DNA from: Amycolatopsis sp. NBC_00345 | GTDB lineage: Bacteria > Actinomycetota > Actinomycetes > Mycobacteriales > Pseudonocardiaceae | Direction: 5' to 3' | DNA length: 24,000 bases | Assembly (NCBI RefSeq): GCF_036116635.1 | Contig: NZ_CP107995.1 | Span: forward strand, 2,163,229-2,187,228 | Position numbers and translations under genes: made by a program | Notes under the pieces: model-generated | The model's database searches: none | Told to the model about the DNA's origin: nothing | What the model saw: the letters and a program-made list of their open reading frames with translations, nothing else | Shown: positions 1-8,542 of the stretch, in pieces | Position numbering within the stretch: position 1 is the stretch's first letter | How the letters are laid out: each line of letters starts with the position of its first letter

Positions 1-2
1 TG

Positions 3-1127
3 GACTTCTGCCTGGCGAAGGCGGACGGCGGCCCGGCCGCCCTGAAACTCGCGACGTCCCTGTGCGCTCACCGCCGGGCGCTGGACTCGCTGAGTGAAGG
101 GCGCCGATGGCTGGACCGAGCGCTCGACCAGGCGCCCGGACCGGAACCGGTGCGCGCGAAAGCGTTGTGGACCAACGCCTGGCTCGCCCTGATGCAGGGT
201 GACGGCCCGGCCGCGCGGGTCCTGCTGAGCGAGTGCCGGGAGATCGCCGAGCGCACCCAGGACGCTTCGGTCATGGCCCATGAAGCCCAGTTCTCCGCGC
301 TGGCCGATCTGTTCGACGGTGACGCCGGCGTCGCCGTCACCCGGTTCGGCGAAGCGATCCGGCGGCACGGCGAAGCCGGCGACCTCGACGGCGTGCGGGT
401 GTCGAGGTTCCAGCAGGTCATGTCCCGGTGTTTTGCCGGGGACCCGGTGGCGGCGGCGTCCGTCAAACAGGCCAAGACGTTCCTGCGGCCGGACCGGGAG
501 TCGGCCGCGTACGGCTACTTGTCCTGGTACGACGCGATCGAGCGGTTCGTCCGGCGCGACCGCGGTGACGCCGCCGCACCGGCCACGCGCGCGCTACTGA
601 TCGGCGCGGAGATCGAGGACCGCTGGCTGGTCGCGCTGGCCCTCGAGACGCTCGCGTGGACCGCGGTCGACGCCGGCGAGCACGTCCACGCGGCGCATGT
701 GTTCGGCGCGGCGGAGGCGGCGCGCGACACGATCGGAAGCCGGCTGTCCGGCCTCGCGCACCTGGGCGCGCATCACGATCGCTGCGAGCAAACGGCCAGG
801 TCGGCCCTCGGTGACGAGAAGTTCGATGCCGCCTACCGGTCCGGCGCCCGGATGAGGGAGAACGAGGCCGTCTCCTATGCGGCCGCGCCGCGCAAGCCGG
901 GCGCGCTGAAAGAACGCGGACGACCGGCCGCCCGTCCGCAGCTGACGTCGCGGGAGCGGGAGATCGCCGACCTGGTCGCCCGGGGCCTGAGCAACCAGGA
1001 GATCGCCGGCTCGCTGGTCATCGCCCGCCGGACGGCCGAAACGCACGTCGGGCACATTCTCACGAAGCTCGGCTTCACCGCCCGTGCGCAGATCGCCGCA
1101 TGGGTTGCGGAGCGTCCGGTGCGATGA
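3..1127 (+). CDS. LuxR-family transcriptional regulator, C-terminal part (helical-repeat/TPR-like body plus LuxR HTH); 5'-truncated by the window edge
   Basis: Frame 3 is open from the window edge (DFCLAKADGGPAALKLATSL...) and continues into track ORF 150..1127, so the track start is internal. The body is an Ala/Leu/Arg-rich helical repeat. C-terminal LuxR/GerE HTH: LTSREREIADLVARGLSNQEIAGSLVIARRTAETHVGHILTKLGFTARAQIAAWV. Confidence 0.85.
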   Translation, partial: DFCLAKADGGPAALKLATSLCAHRRALDSLSEGRRWLDRALDQAPGPEPVRAKALWTNAWLALMQGDGPAARVLLSECREIAERTQDASVMAHEAQFSALADLFDGDAGVAVTRFGEAIRRHGEAGDLDGVRVSRFQQVMSRCFAGDPVAAASVKQAKTFLRPDRESAAYGYLSWYDAIERFVRRDRGDAAAPATRALLIGAEIEDRWLVALALETLAWTAVDAGEHVHAAHVFGAAEAARDTIGSRLSGLAHLGAHHDRCEQTARSALGDEKFDAAYRSGARMRENEAVSYAAAPRKPGALKERGRPAARPQLTSREREIADLVARGLSNQEIAGSLVIARRTAETHVGHILTKLGFTARAQIAAWVAERPVR

Positions 1128-1131
1128 GCTC

Positions 1132-2427
1132 TCACCGGCGTGAGCCCGGGTATTCCTTGGCGACCCAGGCCGAGATCTGGGTCCGGCGGCCGAATCCCAG
1201 CTTCGACATGATCCGCGCTATGTGTGACTCCGCGGTCCGCTTCGAGATGCCCAGCGTTTCGCCGATGGCCTGGTTGGTGAGCCCGGCCCGGACCAGCTTC
1301 GCGACTTCTTGCTCACGGCGCGTCAGTTCCGGATCGGCCTGCGTGCGGAACGCGAGGGAATCAAGTGTGGATTCCCAGCGCCGGCCCGCGGCGCTGAAGT
1401 GCCGTGCGTGACGCTCCCGGTAGAACTCGCAACAACCCTTCTCCAGCAGACGATCTACACCGTACTGGCGAACAGTGTTGATCAAGCGGTAACCCGTCTC
1501 GCCTTCGTCTTCGACCCGGGTGACCACGGATTTGCGGACCAGTCCGGCGATGAGGCGGAGGACGTCTTCGCGGGCTATGCCGTCGCCGTCGCACACCGCC
1601 TCGGCCCCGGCGAGGTCGAAAGTGCCGTCGAAAACCGAAAGGCGGGCCCAGAGTTCGCGCTCTCGGCGCGTGCAGAGTTCGTAGCTCGACGCGCTGAGGT
1701 GGCCCAGCGAACGGTGCCGGAACGGGGCGGTCCGGCTGCCGAGGCCCAGCAGCCGGCGCCGGTCTTCCAACGCCGTCGACAGCTCGGCCAAGGACTGGGT
1801 GCGCAACCGGGTCGCGGCCAGCTCGATCGCCAGCGGGACGCCGTCGAGCCGGGAGCAGATCTTCGCCACGGCGGGCGCCGACCCGGGAGCGACGGAAAAG
1901 CCGGGGAGGATCGACCGCGCGCGACCGGCGAACAACTCCATCGCGTCGTAGCCCTTGAGATCCGGCACCTCCAACACGTTCTCACCGAGCACCCCCAGGG
2001 ACTCGCGGCTGGTGGTCAGGATCCGGGTGCCGGAAGTGCGGCGCAGCAATCCGGTCGCGAACGGGCCGCACTCGTCGAGCCGGTGCTCGCAGTTGTCGAG
2101 GATCAGCAAGGTGCTCGGGCGATCGAGGTACTCGGCGAGCGCGCGTATCCCGCCGCCCGGCCGGAATGGGAGAACGGCCGATACCGCGTCCGCGATGTCG
2201 GCGCCGGGGGAGCGCGCCGCCAGATCGACCAGCCACACGCCGCCAGGGAAATCGCGTGCCACCGTGGCGCCCAGTTCCGTCGCCAGGCGGGTCTTGCCGA
2301 CACCGCCGGTGCCGACCAGGGTGACGAGCCGCTCGTCGCGCAGGACCCGTCGCGCTTCCCGAAGCTCTCGGCCGCGTCCGACGAAGCTGGTCGTCGTCAT
2401 CGGCAGGTTGCCGTCCCGTCGGGCCAT
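1132..2427 (-). CDS. Short NB-ARC/P-loop NTPase fused directly to a LuxR HTH (431 aa; no long TPR sensor region)
   Basis: FVGRGRELREARRVL...RLVTLVGTGGVGKTRLA (Walker A), LLILDNCEH (Walker B-like), GVPLAIELAA (NB-ARC GxP-like), YRLINTVRQYG (winged-helix-like). C-terminal HTH: LTRREQEVAKLVRAGLTNQAIGETLGISKRTAESHIARIMSKLG. The start codon lies 3 nt after the stop of the upstream LAL gene (2431). Confidence 0.85.
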   Translation of the reverse strand: MARRDGNLPMTTTSFVGRGRELREARRVLRDERLVTLVGTGGVGKTRLATELGATVARDFPGGVWLVDLAARSPGADIADAVSAVLPFRPGGGIRALAEYLDRPSTLLILDNCEHRLDECGPFATGLLRRTSGTRILTTSRESLGVLGENVLEVPDLKGYDAMELFAGRARSILPGFSVAPGSAPAVAKICSRLDGVPLAIELAATRLRTQSLAELSTALEDRRRLLGLGSRTAPFRHRSLGHLSASSYELCTRRERELWARLSVFDGTFDLAGAEAVCDGDGIAREDVLRLIAGLVRKSVVTRVEDEGETGYRLINTVRQYGVDRLLEKGCCEFYRERHARHFSAAGRRWESTLDSLAFRTQADPELTRREQEVAKLVRAGLTNQAIGETLGISKRTAESHIARIMSKLGFGRRTQISAWVAKEYPGSRR

Positions 2428-2430
2428 GGG

Positions 2431-5268
2431 CTATGGCTGCGCGGACAGCAGCACGGACGCCAGCTTGTCGCGAGTGCGTATGCCGAGCTTCCGGTACGCG
2501 CTGGTGAGGTGGACTTCCACCGTCTTCACGGTGATGAACAGCTCCTCGGCTATCCGCCGGTTGGTGCCGCCCGCGATGGCCAGCTCGGCGACCCGGCGCT
2601 CGCTCGGGGTCAACGCGGCAGGCCCGGTGGCGCGGGTCCGTCGCGGCCGCACTCCCGCTGCTTGGAGCTCGCCGCGGACCTGTTCCCGCAACGGCACGGC
2701 GCCGGCGGCGGTCGCGATGTCGAGTGCGCGCAGGAGCGGCTCCCGCGCGTCGGCACGACGTCCGGTGCGGCGCAAGGCCGACCCGTAGTCGACCAGGGCC
2801 CGCGCGTACTCCAGGCGGGCCGGCGAACGCTCGAGCACTTCGACCGCTTCGCGGGCGTACTGGATCCCTTCTCGCGGGCCCAGCACCAAGCCCTGCACCC
2901 GCAGCGCGCACCCGAGCGCCCGGGGCGCGCCCCACTGCCTGGCGATCCGCAGCTCCTCGTCGGCCAGCTTCACCTGGTCCTCCTGGCCGAGCAGGTGGGC
3001 ACAAGTCGCGGCTTCGACACGCCAAGGGCTCAGCGAAGCGACCTCGTGCGCGTTGTGCATGGCGAGCCGCTGGCCGCTCGCCAGCGCGGTTTGCCGCGCC
3101 TCCTCCAGCTTTCCCCGCCGGCGCAGTAGTTTGGCCCGGGAATCGAGGTACCAGAACAGGGGGCCGAAGAACGGCACGGGATCGGGGACGTTCAGCGCGT
3201 CGAGCGTGGCCTCGGCGTCGTCCAGGCGGCCTTGCTCGATGAAGACGTCGGCCAGGAAACAGTGGCCCAGCAACGCCGCGAGCTCCATCCGGGCCGAGTC
3301 GGCACTGCGGAGGCCGGCCAGGATGTCGGCTTCGGCCTCGGCCAGCTGGCCTCGCTGCAGCCAGGCGAGCCCGCGAAGGACGTGCGCGGTCGCGAGGCCG
3401 TTGACGCTCCCGTGCTGATGGGCCCGCGCGATCGCGGCGTCGATGCTCGAGATCGCCTCGTCGCGGTCGGCATGGATCAGGACGATCCAGCCGACCTGCG
3501 CGGCGATGGTTTCGGGATAGACCTGCTCGACCACACCGGCGCCGCGCAGACCGTCGAGGGCGAGGGTGACGGCTTCCGGATCACCATGCAGCGCGCGGTG
3601 CGCGGCGAGCAGGCAGTCCAACGCCCCGCCTCCGTGGCCGCTGATCGAGCCGGCGGTGTGTCTTCGGTCGGCGAGATCCGGCCGGCCCGGCTGCAGGATC
3701 GGGATCAGCAGCAGGTTCGCTTCCAGCTGACCGCGGAGGCCGGCTTCCTCGGCGGGAAGGTCCGCCAGCGCACCGAGGCAGACGCTTTCGGCTTCTTCGA
3801 AACCGAGGAGGTAGATCAACGCGGTGCTCAGGAGAACCGCGATCTGGGCGCGCCGCTGGGCCGAGGTGGCGAGCGCGAGCGCCGTGCGCAGGTCGTCGGC
3901 GGCCCGCCGGGTGTCCACCAGGGTCATGATCCGGCCCAGTTCCCACTGCACTTCCGCGTGGACTTCCGCGGGGGGCGGTTCCGCGAGGCACCGGCGCAGG
4001 TAGGTGGCGGCGCTGTCCGGAGACCCGTGCGCGAACGCCTCCGCCGCCGCCTGGCGAAGCACGGTCACGACCCGTTCGTCCTGCGCGGGAGGCAGCCGGA
4101 GGACATGCGTCGCCACCCGCTCGGCCCGGTGCCGTGACGCGGTGAGGAGCCCGGCCGCGCGGCGGTGCGCGTCAACCCGTGCCGCCGGGTCGATCCCTTC
4201 GTACACAGTGGTCCGGACCAGGGGGTGGCTGAACTGGACCCGCTGGACCCCGTCCGGGAGCGCGGTCGCCGGGCCCGGGTGGAAGAGCTCGGCCCGCTCG
4301 AGGCTCTCGGCGGCGCGCAGTGCCGCTTCAGTGGACATCCGCGCCAGCGCCGCGGCGGTCTGGAGGGCGGTGCCGTCGCCGAGGATCGACACCGCCTCGG
4401 CGAGGGTCGCGCATTCGGCGGGCAAGCGGTGCAGCCACAGCGAGATGCGCTGGGCGACCGCCCGTGGCCCGAGCACGTCGACCATGGCAACGTTGTCAGC
4501 GCTCGGAACCAGGCCTTCGGCCTTGAAGGTCGCGGCAAGATCGTGCAGCAGCAGCGGATTTCCCTGGGTGGCCGCGTGGCAGGCGCGCAAGAAGGCCGCT
4601 TCGGCGCTGCCGTCCAGCACGCTCTGCACCAGCTGCCCGCTCGCCGTCTCGGTCAGGGGCGCCGGGCGCAGCACCGTGCTCTCCGCGTCGGTGACGATCT
4701 GGCCGAGCAGGTGGTGCGGCGCGCCCGGCTCGGCCGGCCGATGGGCGACCAGCATGGTGATCGGCAGCGCGTTGAGCCGGGGCAGCAAATAGGCCAGGAA
4801 ACGCAGTGAGGCGGTATCCGCCCAGTGGAGGTCGTCCATGATCAAAGCGACCGGGCCGCGCTCGCACAGATTCGCCGTCAACCAGAAGAGCCCGTGGAGA
4901 ATGGCGAAGTCGCCTGAGGTCGATCCGGAGTAAACGGTGTCCGAAAGCACCGCCGCGGCGGCTTTGCCGGCGGCCCCGTCGAGTAAACGCTCGCGGTCGG
5001 CCCGGGTCATCCGGATGAGGTGCGGCTCGAAGATCTGCCGGACCAGCCCGAAGGCGATGTCTCCCTCGAGTTCCGAGCAGCGCGCCGAAAAAACGTCGAA
5101 ACCCTGCTGGGACGCGGCGGCTCCGGCCGCGGCCAGCAGCCGCGATTTGCCGAGGCCGGCGGCGCCGACGATCGCGGTGAGGGTGCCCGAGCCGTGGGCC
5201 GCCGTGTCGAGCGCCGACGTCAGCACCGCCAATTGTGCGCTTCTTTCCAGCAATGGCGGCTCAGGCAT
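2431..5268 (-). CDS. LAL-type (large ATP-binding LuxR family) transcriptional regulator
   Basis: N-terminal P-loop TAIVGAAGLGKSRLL, Walker B-like LIMDDLHWAD, a long helical-repeat middle, and C-terminal LuxR HTH LTPSERRVAELAIAGGTNRRIAEELFITVKTVEVHLTSAYRKLG. The track ORF extends to 5382. I prefer the ATG at 5268 (MPEPPLLERSAQL...) because LAL proteins normally begin about 25 aa before the P-loop. The start remains uncertain. Confidence 0.85.
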   Translation of the reverse strand: MPEPPLLERSAQLAVLTSALDTAAHGSGTLTAIVGAAGLGKSRLLAAAGAAASQQGFDVFSARCSELEGDIAFGLVRQIFEPHLIRMTRADRERLLDGAAGKAAAAVLSDTVYSGSTSGDFAILHGLFWLTANLCERGPVALIMDDLHWADTASLRFLAYLLPRLNALPITMLVAHRPAEPGAPHHLLGQIVTDAESTVLRPAPLTETASGQLVQSVLDGSAEAAFLRACHAATQGNPLLLHDLAATFKAEGLVPSADNVAMVDVLGPRAVAQRISLWLHRLPAECATLAEAVSILGDGTALQTAAALARMSTEAALRAAESLERAELFHPGPATALPDGVQRVQFSHPLVRTTVYEGIDPAARVDAHRRAAGLLTASRHRAERVATHVLRLPPAQDERVVTVLRQAAAEAFAHGSPDSAATYLRRCLAEPPPAEVHAEVQWELGRIMTLVDTRRAADDLRTALALATSAQRRAQIAVLLSTALIYLLGFEEAESVCLGALADLPAEEAGLRGQLEANLLLIPILQPGRPDLADRRHTAGSISGHGGGALDCLLAAHRALHGDPEAVTLALDGLRGAGVVEQVYPETIAAQVGWIVLIHADRDEAISSIDAAIARAHQHGSVNGLATAHVLRGLAWLQRGQLAEAEADILAGLRSADSARMELAALLGHCFLADVFIEQGRLDDAEATLDALNVPDPVPFFGPLFWYLDSRAKLLRRRGKLEEARQTALASGQRLAMHNAHEVASLSPWRVEAATCAHLLGQEDQVKLADEELRIARQWGAPRALGCALRVQGLVLGPREGIQYAREAVEVLERSPARLEYARALVDYGSALRRTGRRADAREPLLRALDIATAAGAVPLREQVRGELQAAGVRPRRTRATGPAALTPSERRVAELAIAGGTNRRIAEELFITVKTVEVHLTSAYRKLGIRTRDKLASVLLSAQP
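4984..4986 (-). other. In-frame TTA (Leu) codon in the LAL regulator
   Basis: The minus-strand codons read cgc gag cgt TTA ctc gac ggg, encoding R-E-R-L-L-D-G. This matches the ORF translation ...ADRERLLDGAAG.... Confidence 0.9.
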
Positions 5269-5612
5269 GCAAGGAGGGTACCGCCCCTCCGGCGGTCTGC
5301 CAGCCACCAGTTTCAGCCCGCGCCGGTGCCACGCAACGTCACCGAATCCCCGGGTCTTTAGCCGACTCTCACGGCTTGTCAAGAGGCCGAACAGGCGTTG
5401 TTAGGCTATTCTTGTCTACTGTTCCCGCGTTCATTCCTTCGGACGGATCGTTGCCCGGCAAAACGAGCCCCGCCGGTTCGTCATTCCGGCACACCCCAAC
5501 GTCACCCCAATACGAAGTGGCCACCCTTAGACGATGGCCGGGAAGTGCGTAGGCCTCTCCGTACTTTCCTGGTCGTGGCCGACCGGCCGGTGACGTTGAC
5601 TCCGCGGCAGGC
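5269..5612. promoter_or_regulatory. Divergent intergenic region between the LAL gene and the P-loop/SARP gene; presumed to contain both promoters
   Basis: This is the only sizeable non-coding stretch in the regulator block. GC is locally lower at about 5380-5520 (e.g. ttgttaggctattcttgtctactgttcccgcgttcattcc). No promoter elements could be placed with confidence. Confidence 0.4.
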
Positions 5613-8531
5613 GTGCTTGTCCCGGCAGCCGGTGAACTCGAGGAGATGCCGCACCTCATGTCTTGTATCCACGAGGAAGAAACCGGCAAAGAGGACAATC
5701 GCCTCGGTGGAACGCGTCCCGGCGGGGGAGGAGAGCCGCCTCGCCCTCGTGCTGCGCCGGATTGTGGTCGCGGCATCAAGGACGGTCCGGCGCGGTCCCG
5801 GCTGGCCGGGCTGCTGGTCCGGCCGGACCTGATGGCCAAAGCGGAGTTCGTGGCCTCGGCGCCGGTCGGCCTGGTGGTCGGCCCGGCGGGCTCGGGAAAG
5901 TCCGTGCTGCTCCGCCAGCTCGCCGCGCGGGCCCCGTCCGGGCACCTGGTCCTGACGTGCGGGCTGGACTCGGGAGTGACCACCGAAGCGGCGCTGATCG
6001 CCCGGCTCGCACGGGTCATCGGCGTCACCGCTCCGGCGGGGCTGGACGGTTTGCTCGACGAGCTGGCGCGAAGGGACACCTCGCGTCTCGTCGTCCACCT
6101 CGACGACGCGCATCATCTCGTGGGCACGCCCGGAGATCGGGCGCTGGCCCGGCTCCTGGCGGAGGCGCCGTCCGGGCTGCGGTTCGTGGTGGCCGGGCGC
6201 GACGACCGGGTGGCCGGGATCGGTGGCACGGCTCCGCGCGTCGGCTACGACGACCTGCGGCTGAGGCCTTCGGAGGTGGCCGAGCTGTTCACCGGGGTCT
6301 ACGAAGTGCCGCTCTCCCCGGCCGAGGCGGCCCGGCTGTGCGCGCGGGTCGAGGGCCTGGCCGGGGCGGTGCGGCTGCTGCACCTGGACACGGTGCTGCT
6401 CTCGGAACGGGACCGGGCGGAAACCTTCGCGGCGCCGTTGACGCGGTCGCCTCGGCTGGTGGAGTTCCTCACCCGCGAGGTGTTCGACCCGCTGCCCGCG
6501 CCGCTGCGCGAGTTCATGGTCGCGGCGGCCCCGCTGGGTGTGCTCGACGGGCCGTTGTGCGATGTCCTGCTCGACCGGACCGGCAGCCGCGCGGCCATCA
6601 CCGAGCTGGCCGCGCGGCAGGCACTGACGTTCCGCGTCTCGGACGGTGGTGGCGCGCACCGCTTCCACGTTCTGCTCCAGCAATATCTCGAACGGTGCCT
6701 GGCCGAGCGCGCGGGCGCGCAGCGGAGCCGGCAGGCCTACCGTTCGGCGGCCAAGTACCTGGCCGGCGCCGGCCGGTGGGCGGAGGCGTACCGCTGTCAC
6801 GCCCACGCCGGTGACTGGGTGGCCGCCGCGGCCGTGCTCCACCGGTTCGGTGCCCGGCCCGGCGGGATCCACGCGGACGCGGCGCTGCCGGCGCCGTTGC
6901 TCGGTGACGACCCGTGGGTGGCCTTGGCCGACGCGCGCCGGCTGCGGGGCGAGGGCAGGCTGGACGCGGCTCACCGCCGTTACGCGGACGCCGAGGCGTT
7001 GCTGCCCGACCCCGCGCTGCGCTGGCAGTGCACCACGGAACGGTCCGGGGTGGCCGGCTGGCTCGGCCGCCCGGGCGACCCCCTCGTGGACGACATCAAC
7101 CGGCACCTCGCCGACGCGCTCCGAAGACACCCGGCCAAGCTGCTGAACCGGGCGGTGCCCGCGCAGAGCCCGGGGTGGACGCTGGGCCGGGCGGTGGCCG
7201 CGCTGCTCGACGGCCGGCCGGACCGTGCCGTCGAGATCGCAGGGCCGCTGGCGAACGGACCGGTGGCCTTCGTGGCGCTGGCGAGCCGGATCCTCGTGGC
7301 GGTGGTGGAAAGTGTCGGCCGGCCGCGCCGCGGCGACACCCGGTTCGCCGACCTTGCTGCCGAGTGCGAAGAGGCCGGCTGGTTATGGCTGGCCCGCCTC
7401 GCCCGGGCCGCCACCGCGGTCGTCGACGAGGAAGGCTGCGCGGACGCCGCGGCCGTGCTGGACGAGTGCTGCGGCGTCGGGGACGAGTGGGGCACGGTGC
7501 TGGCAGGCTGTCTCCTGGCCGTCGGACGGCTGCGGGCCGGACTGGACGCGGCCGAAGTACTGGAGACGGCGGCGTCGCGCGCGCGAGCCCTCGGCGCCCG
7601 CGTGCCGGAGACCTGGCTCCGGCTGGTGCTGGCCGACGAGTGGGACCGCCGCGGCGACCCGCGCGCCCACGACGGGCAGGCCGAACTGCGCCGGTTGGCC
7701 GCCGACACGGTGATCGATCGTGTTGCTGCCCAGGGGAAACGGCTGGTCGCCGCCATCCGGACCCCGGTCCCGCGACGCGCGCTGGTCGCCGTCGGCGAGC
7801 CCGCCGCCGAGCCCCCCGCTGAGCTCGCGGTGCCGGCCGTGGTGCGCTGCTTGGGCCGGTACACGCTGACCGTGGCCGGGACCGAGGTCGGGCTGGGCGG
7901 CCTGCGGGCCCAGGCCCGTCAGGTGCTGAGGATGCTGTCGGTGCAGTACGGGCACCCGCTGCACGAGGAGCGGCTGATGACCGCCATGTGGCCGGACTGC
8001 CCGGCGAACCGGACGAAGCATCGCCTGCAGGTGGCCGTTTCCAGCCTGCGCGCGCTGTTACGCGCTCATCTCCCGGCCGAATACGGAATCCTCCGCCATG
8101 GCAACAGTTACCTGCTGCGGCTGCCGCCGGGAAGCCTGGTGGACGTGGTCGAGTTCGCCGAAACCGTCCGACGGTGGCGCACTGCCCGGCAAGCGGGAGA
8201 CACCGCTTCGGCGATGGCACTCGGATACCGCGTCCTTGATTTGTATCGTGGCGAACTGCTCGTCGAGGAAGGGCCGGCCGAGTGGGTCCTCGCCCGGCGC
8301 GAGGCCGTACGCGGGGAGGCGGCCGGAGCGGCGGCCGTCTTGGCGGGCACGGCCCTCAACCGGGGGGACGCCGCCGAAGCGATCGAAGTCTGCGAGCGCG
8401 GCGTGACCATCGACGAACTCGACAACCGGCTCTGGTCGTTGCTGGCCGCGGCCAACGTCCGCGCCGGCAACAGGGCCGCCGCCGCGCGGGCCGAAGGGGC
8501 GTATCAGGCGCTCCTGGCCGACGGTGGCTGA
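5613..8531 (+). CDS. STAND-like P-loop NTPase with helical repeats and a C-terminal SARP module (OmpR-type wHTH plus BTAD)
   Basis: P-loop VVGPAGSGKSVLL (nt 5880-5903) and Walker B-like LVVHLDDAHH. The C-terminal 230 aa (nt 7839-8528) read as a SARP: VVRCLGRYTLTVAGTEVGLGGLRAQARQVLRMLSVQYGHPLHEERLMTAMWPD...KHRLQVAVSSLRALL...LVDVVEFAE...ALGYRVLDLYRGELLVEEGPAEWVLARREAVR...IDELDNRLWSLLAAANVRAGNRAAAARAEGAYQALL. The start is uncertain (ATG at 5613, 5646 or 5658), and third-position GC is poor before about 5760. Confidence 0.8.
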   Translation: MLVPAAGELEEMPHLMSCIHEEETGKEDNRLGGTRPGGGGEPPRPRAAPDCGRGIKDGPARSRLAGLLVRPDLMAKAEFVASAPVGLVVGPAGSGKSVLLRQLAARAPSGHLVLTCGLDSGVTTEAALIARLARVIGVTAPAGLDGLLDELARRDTSRLVVHLDDAHHLVGTPGDRALARLLAEAPSGLRFVVAGRDDRVAGIGGTAPRVGYDDLRLRPSEVAELFTGVYEVPLSPAEAARLCARVEGLAGAVRLLHLDTVLLSERDRAETFAAPLTRSPRLVEFLTREVFDPLPAPLREFMVAAAPLGVLDGPLCDVLLDRTGSRAAITELAARQALTFRVSDGGGAHRFHVLLQQYLERCLAERAGAQRSRQAYRSAAKYLAGAGRWAEAYRCHAHAGDWVAAAAVLHRFGARPGGIHADAALPAPLLGDDPWVALADARRLRGEGRLDAAHRRYADAEALLPDPALRWQCTTERSGVAGWLGRPGDPLVDDINRHLADALRRHPAKLLNRAVPAQSPGWTLGRAVAALLDGRPDRAVEIAGPLANGPVAFVALASRILVAVVESVGRPRRGDTRFADLAAECEEAGWLWLARLARAATAVVDEEGCADAAAVLDECCGVGDEWGTVLAGCLLAVGRLRAGLDAAEVLETAASRARALGARVPETWLRLVLADEWDRRGDPRAHDGQAELRRLAADTVIDRVAAQGKRLVAAIRTPVPRRALVAVGEPAAEPPAELAVPAVVRCLGRYTLTVAGTEVGLGGLRAQARQVLRMLSVQYGHPLHEERLMTAMWPDCPANRTKHRLQVAVSSLRALLRAHLPAEYGILRHGNSYLLRLPPGSLVDVVEFAETVRRWRTARQAGDTASAMALGYRVLDLYRGELLVEEGPAEWVLARREAVRGEAAGAAAVLAGTALNRGDAAEAIEVCERGVTIDELDNRLWSLLAAANVRAGNRAAAARAEGAYQALLADGG
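7383..7385 (+). other. In-frame TTA (Leu) codon in the P-loop/SARP regulator (first of two)
   Basis: gag gcc ggc tgg TTA tgg ctg gcc encodes E-A-G-W-L-W-L-A. The offset from 5613 is divisible by 3. Confidence 0.9.
8058..8060 (+). other. In-frame TTA (Leu) codon in the SARP wHTH region (second of two)
   Basis: agc ctg cgc gcg ctg TTA cgc gct cat encodes S-L-R-A-L-L-R-A-H. Confidence 0.9.
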
Positions 8532-8542
8532 AGGCTGGGGCA

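Noticed and set aside
1125-1134. Very short convergent gene junctions (1127/1132, 8531/8543, 13441/13450) examined for bidirectional terminators
   Set aside because: The gaps are 4-11 nt with no stem-loops. There is nothing to annotate beyond tight packing.
1309-3129. Long plus-strand ORF (606 aa) and many similar track ORFs (e.g. 1982..3025, 3232..4137, 5502..7130, 6980..7864, 7096..8220, 8058..9164, 8873..10081) overlapping the called genes
   Set aside because: They lie antisense or out of frame to genes with clear domain motifs. Their translations are Arg/Pro/Gly/Ala-rich with no recognisable motifs, as expected for stop-poor alternative frames in high-GC DNA.
5399-5407. TGTTAGGCT (extended -10-like TGnTAnnnT) in the LAL/SARP divergent region
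   Set aside because: This is a single hexamer-level match with no supporting -35 element or TSS information, so it is not callable from sequence alone.
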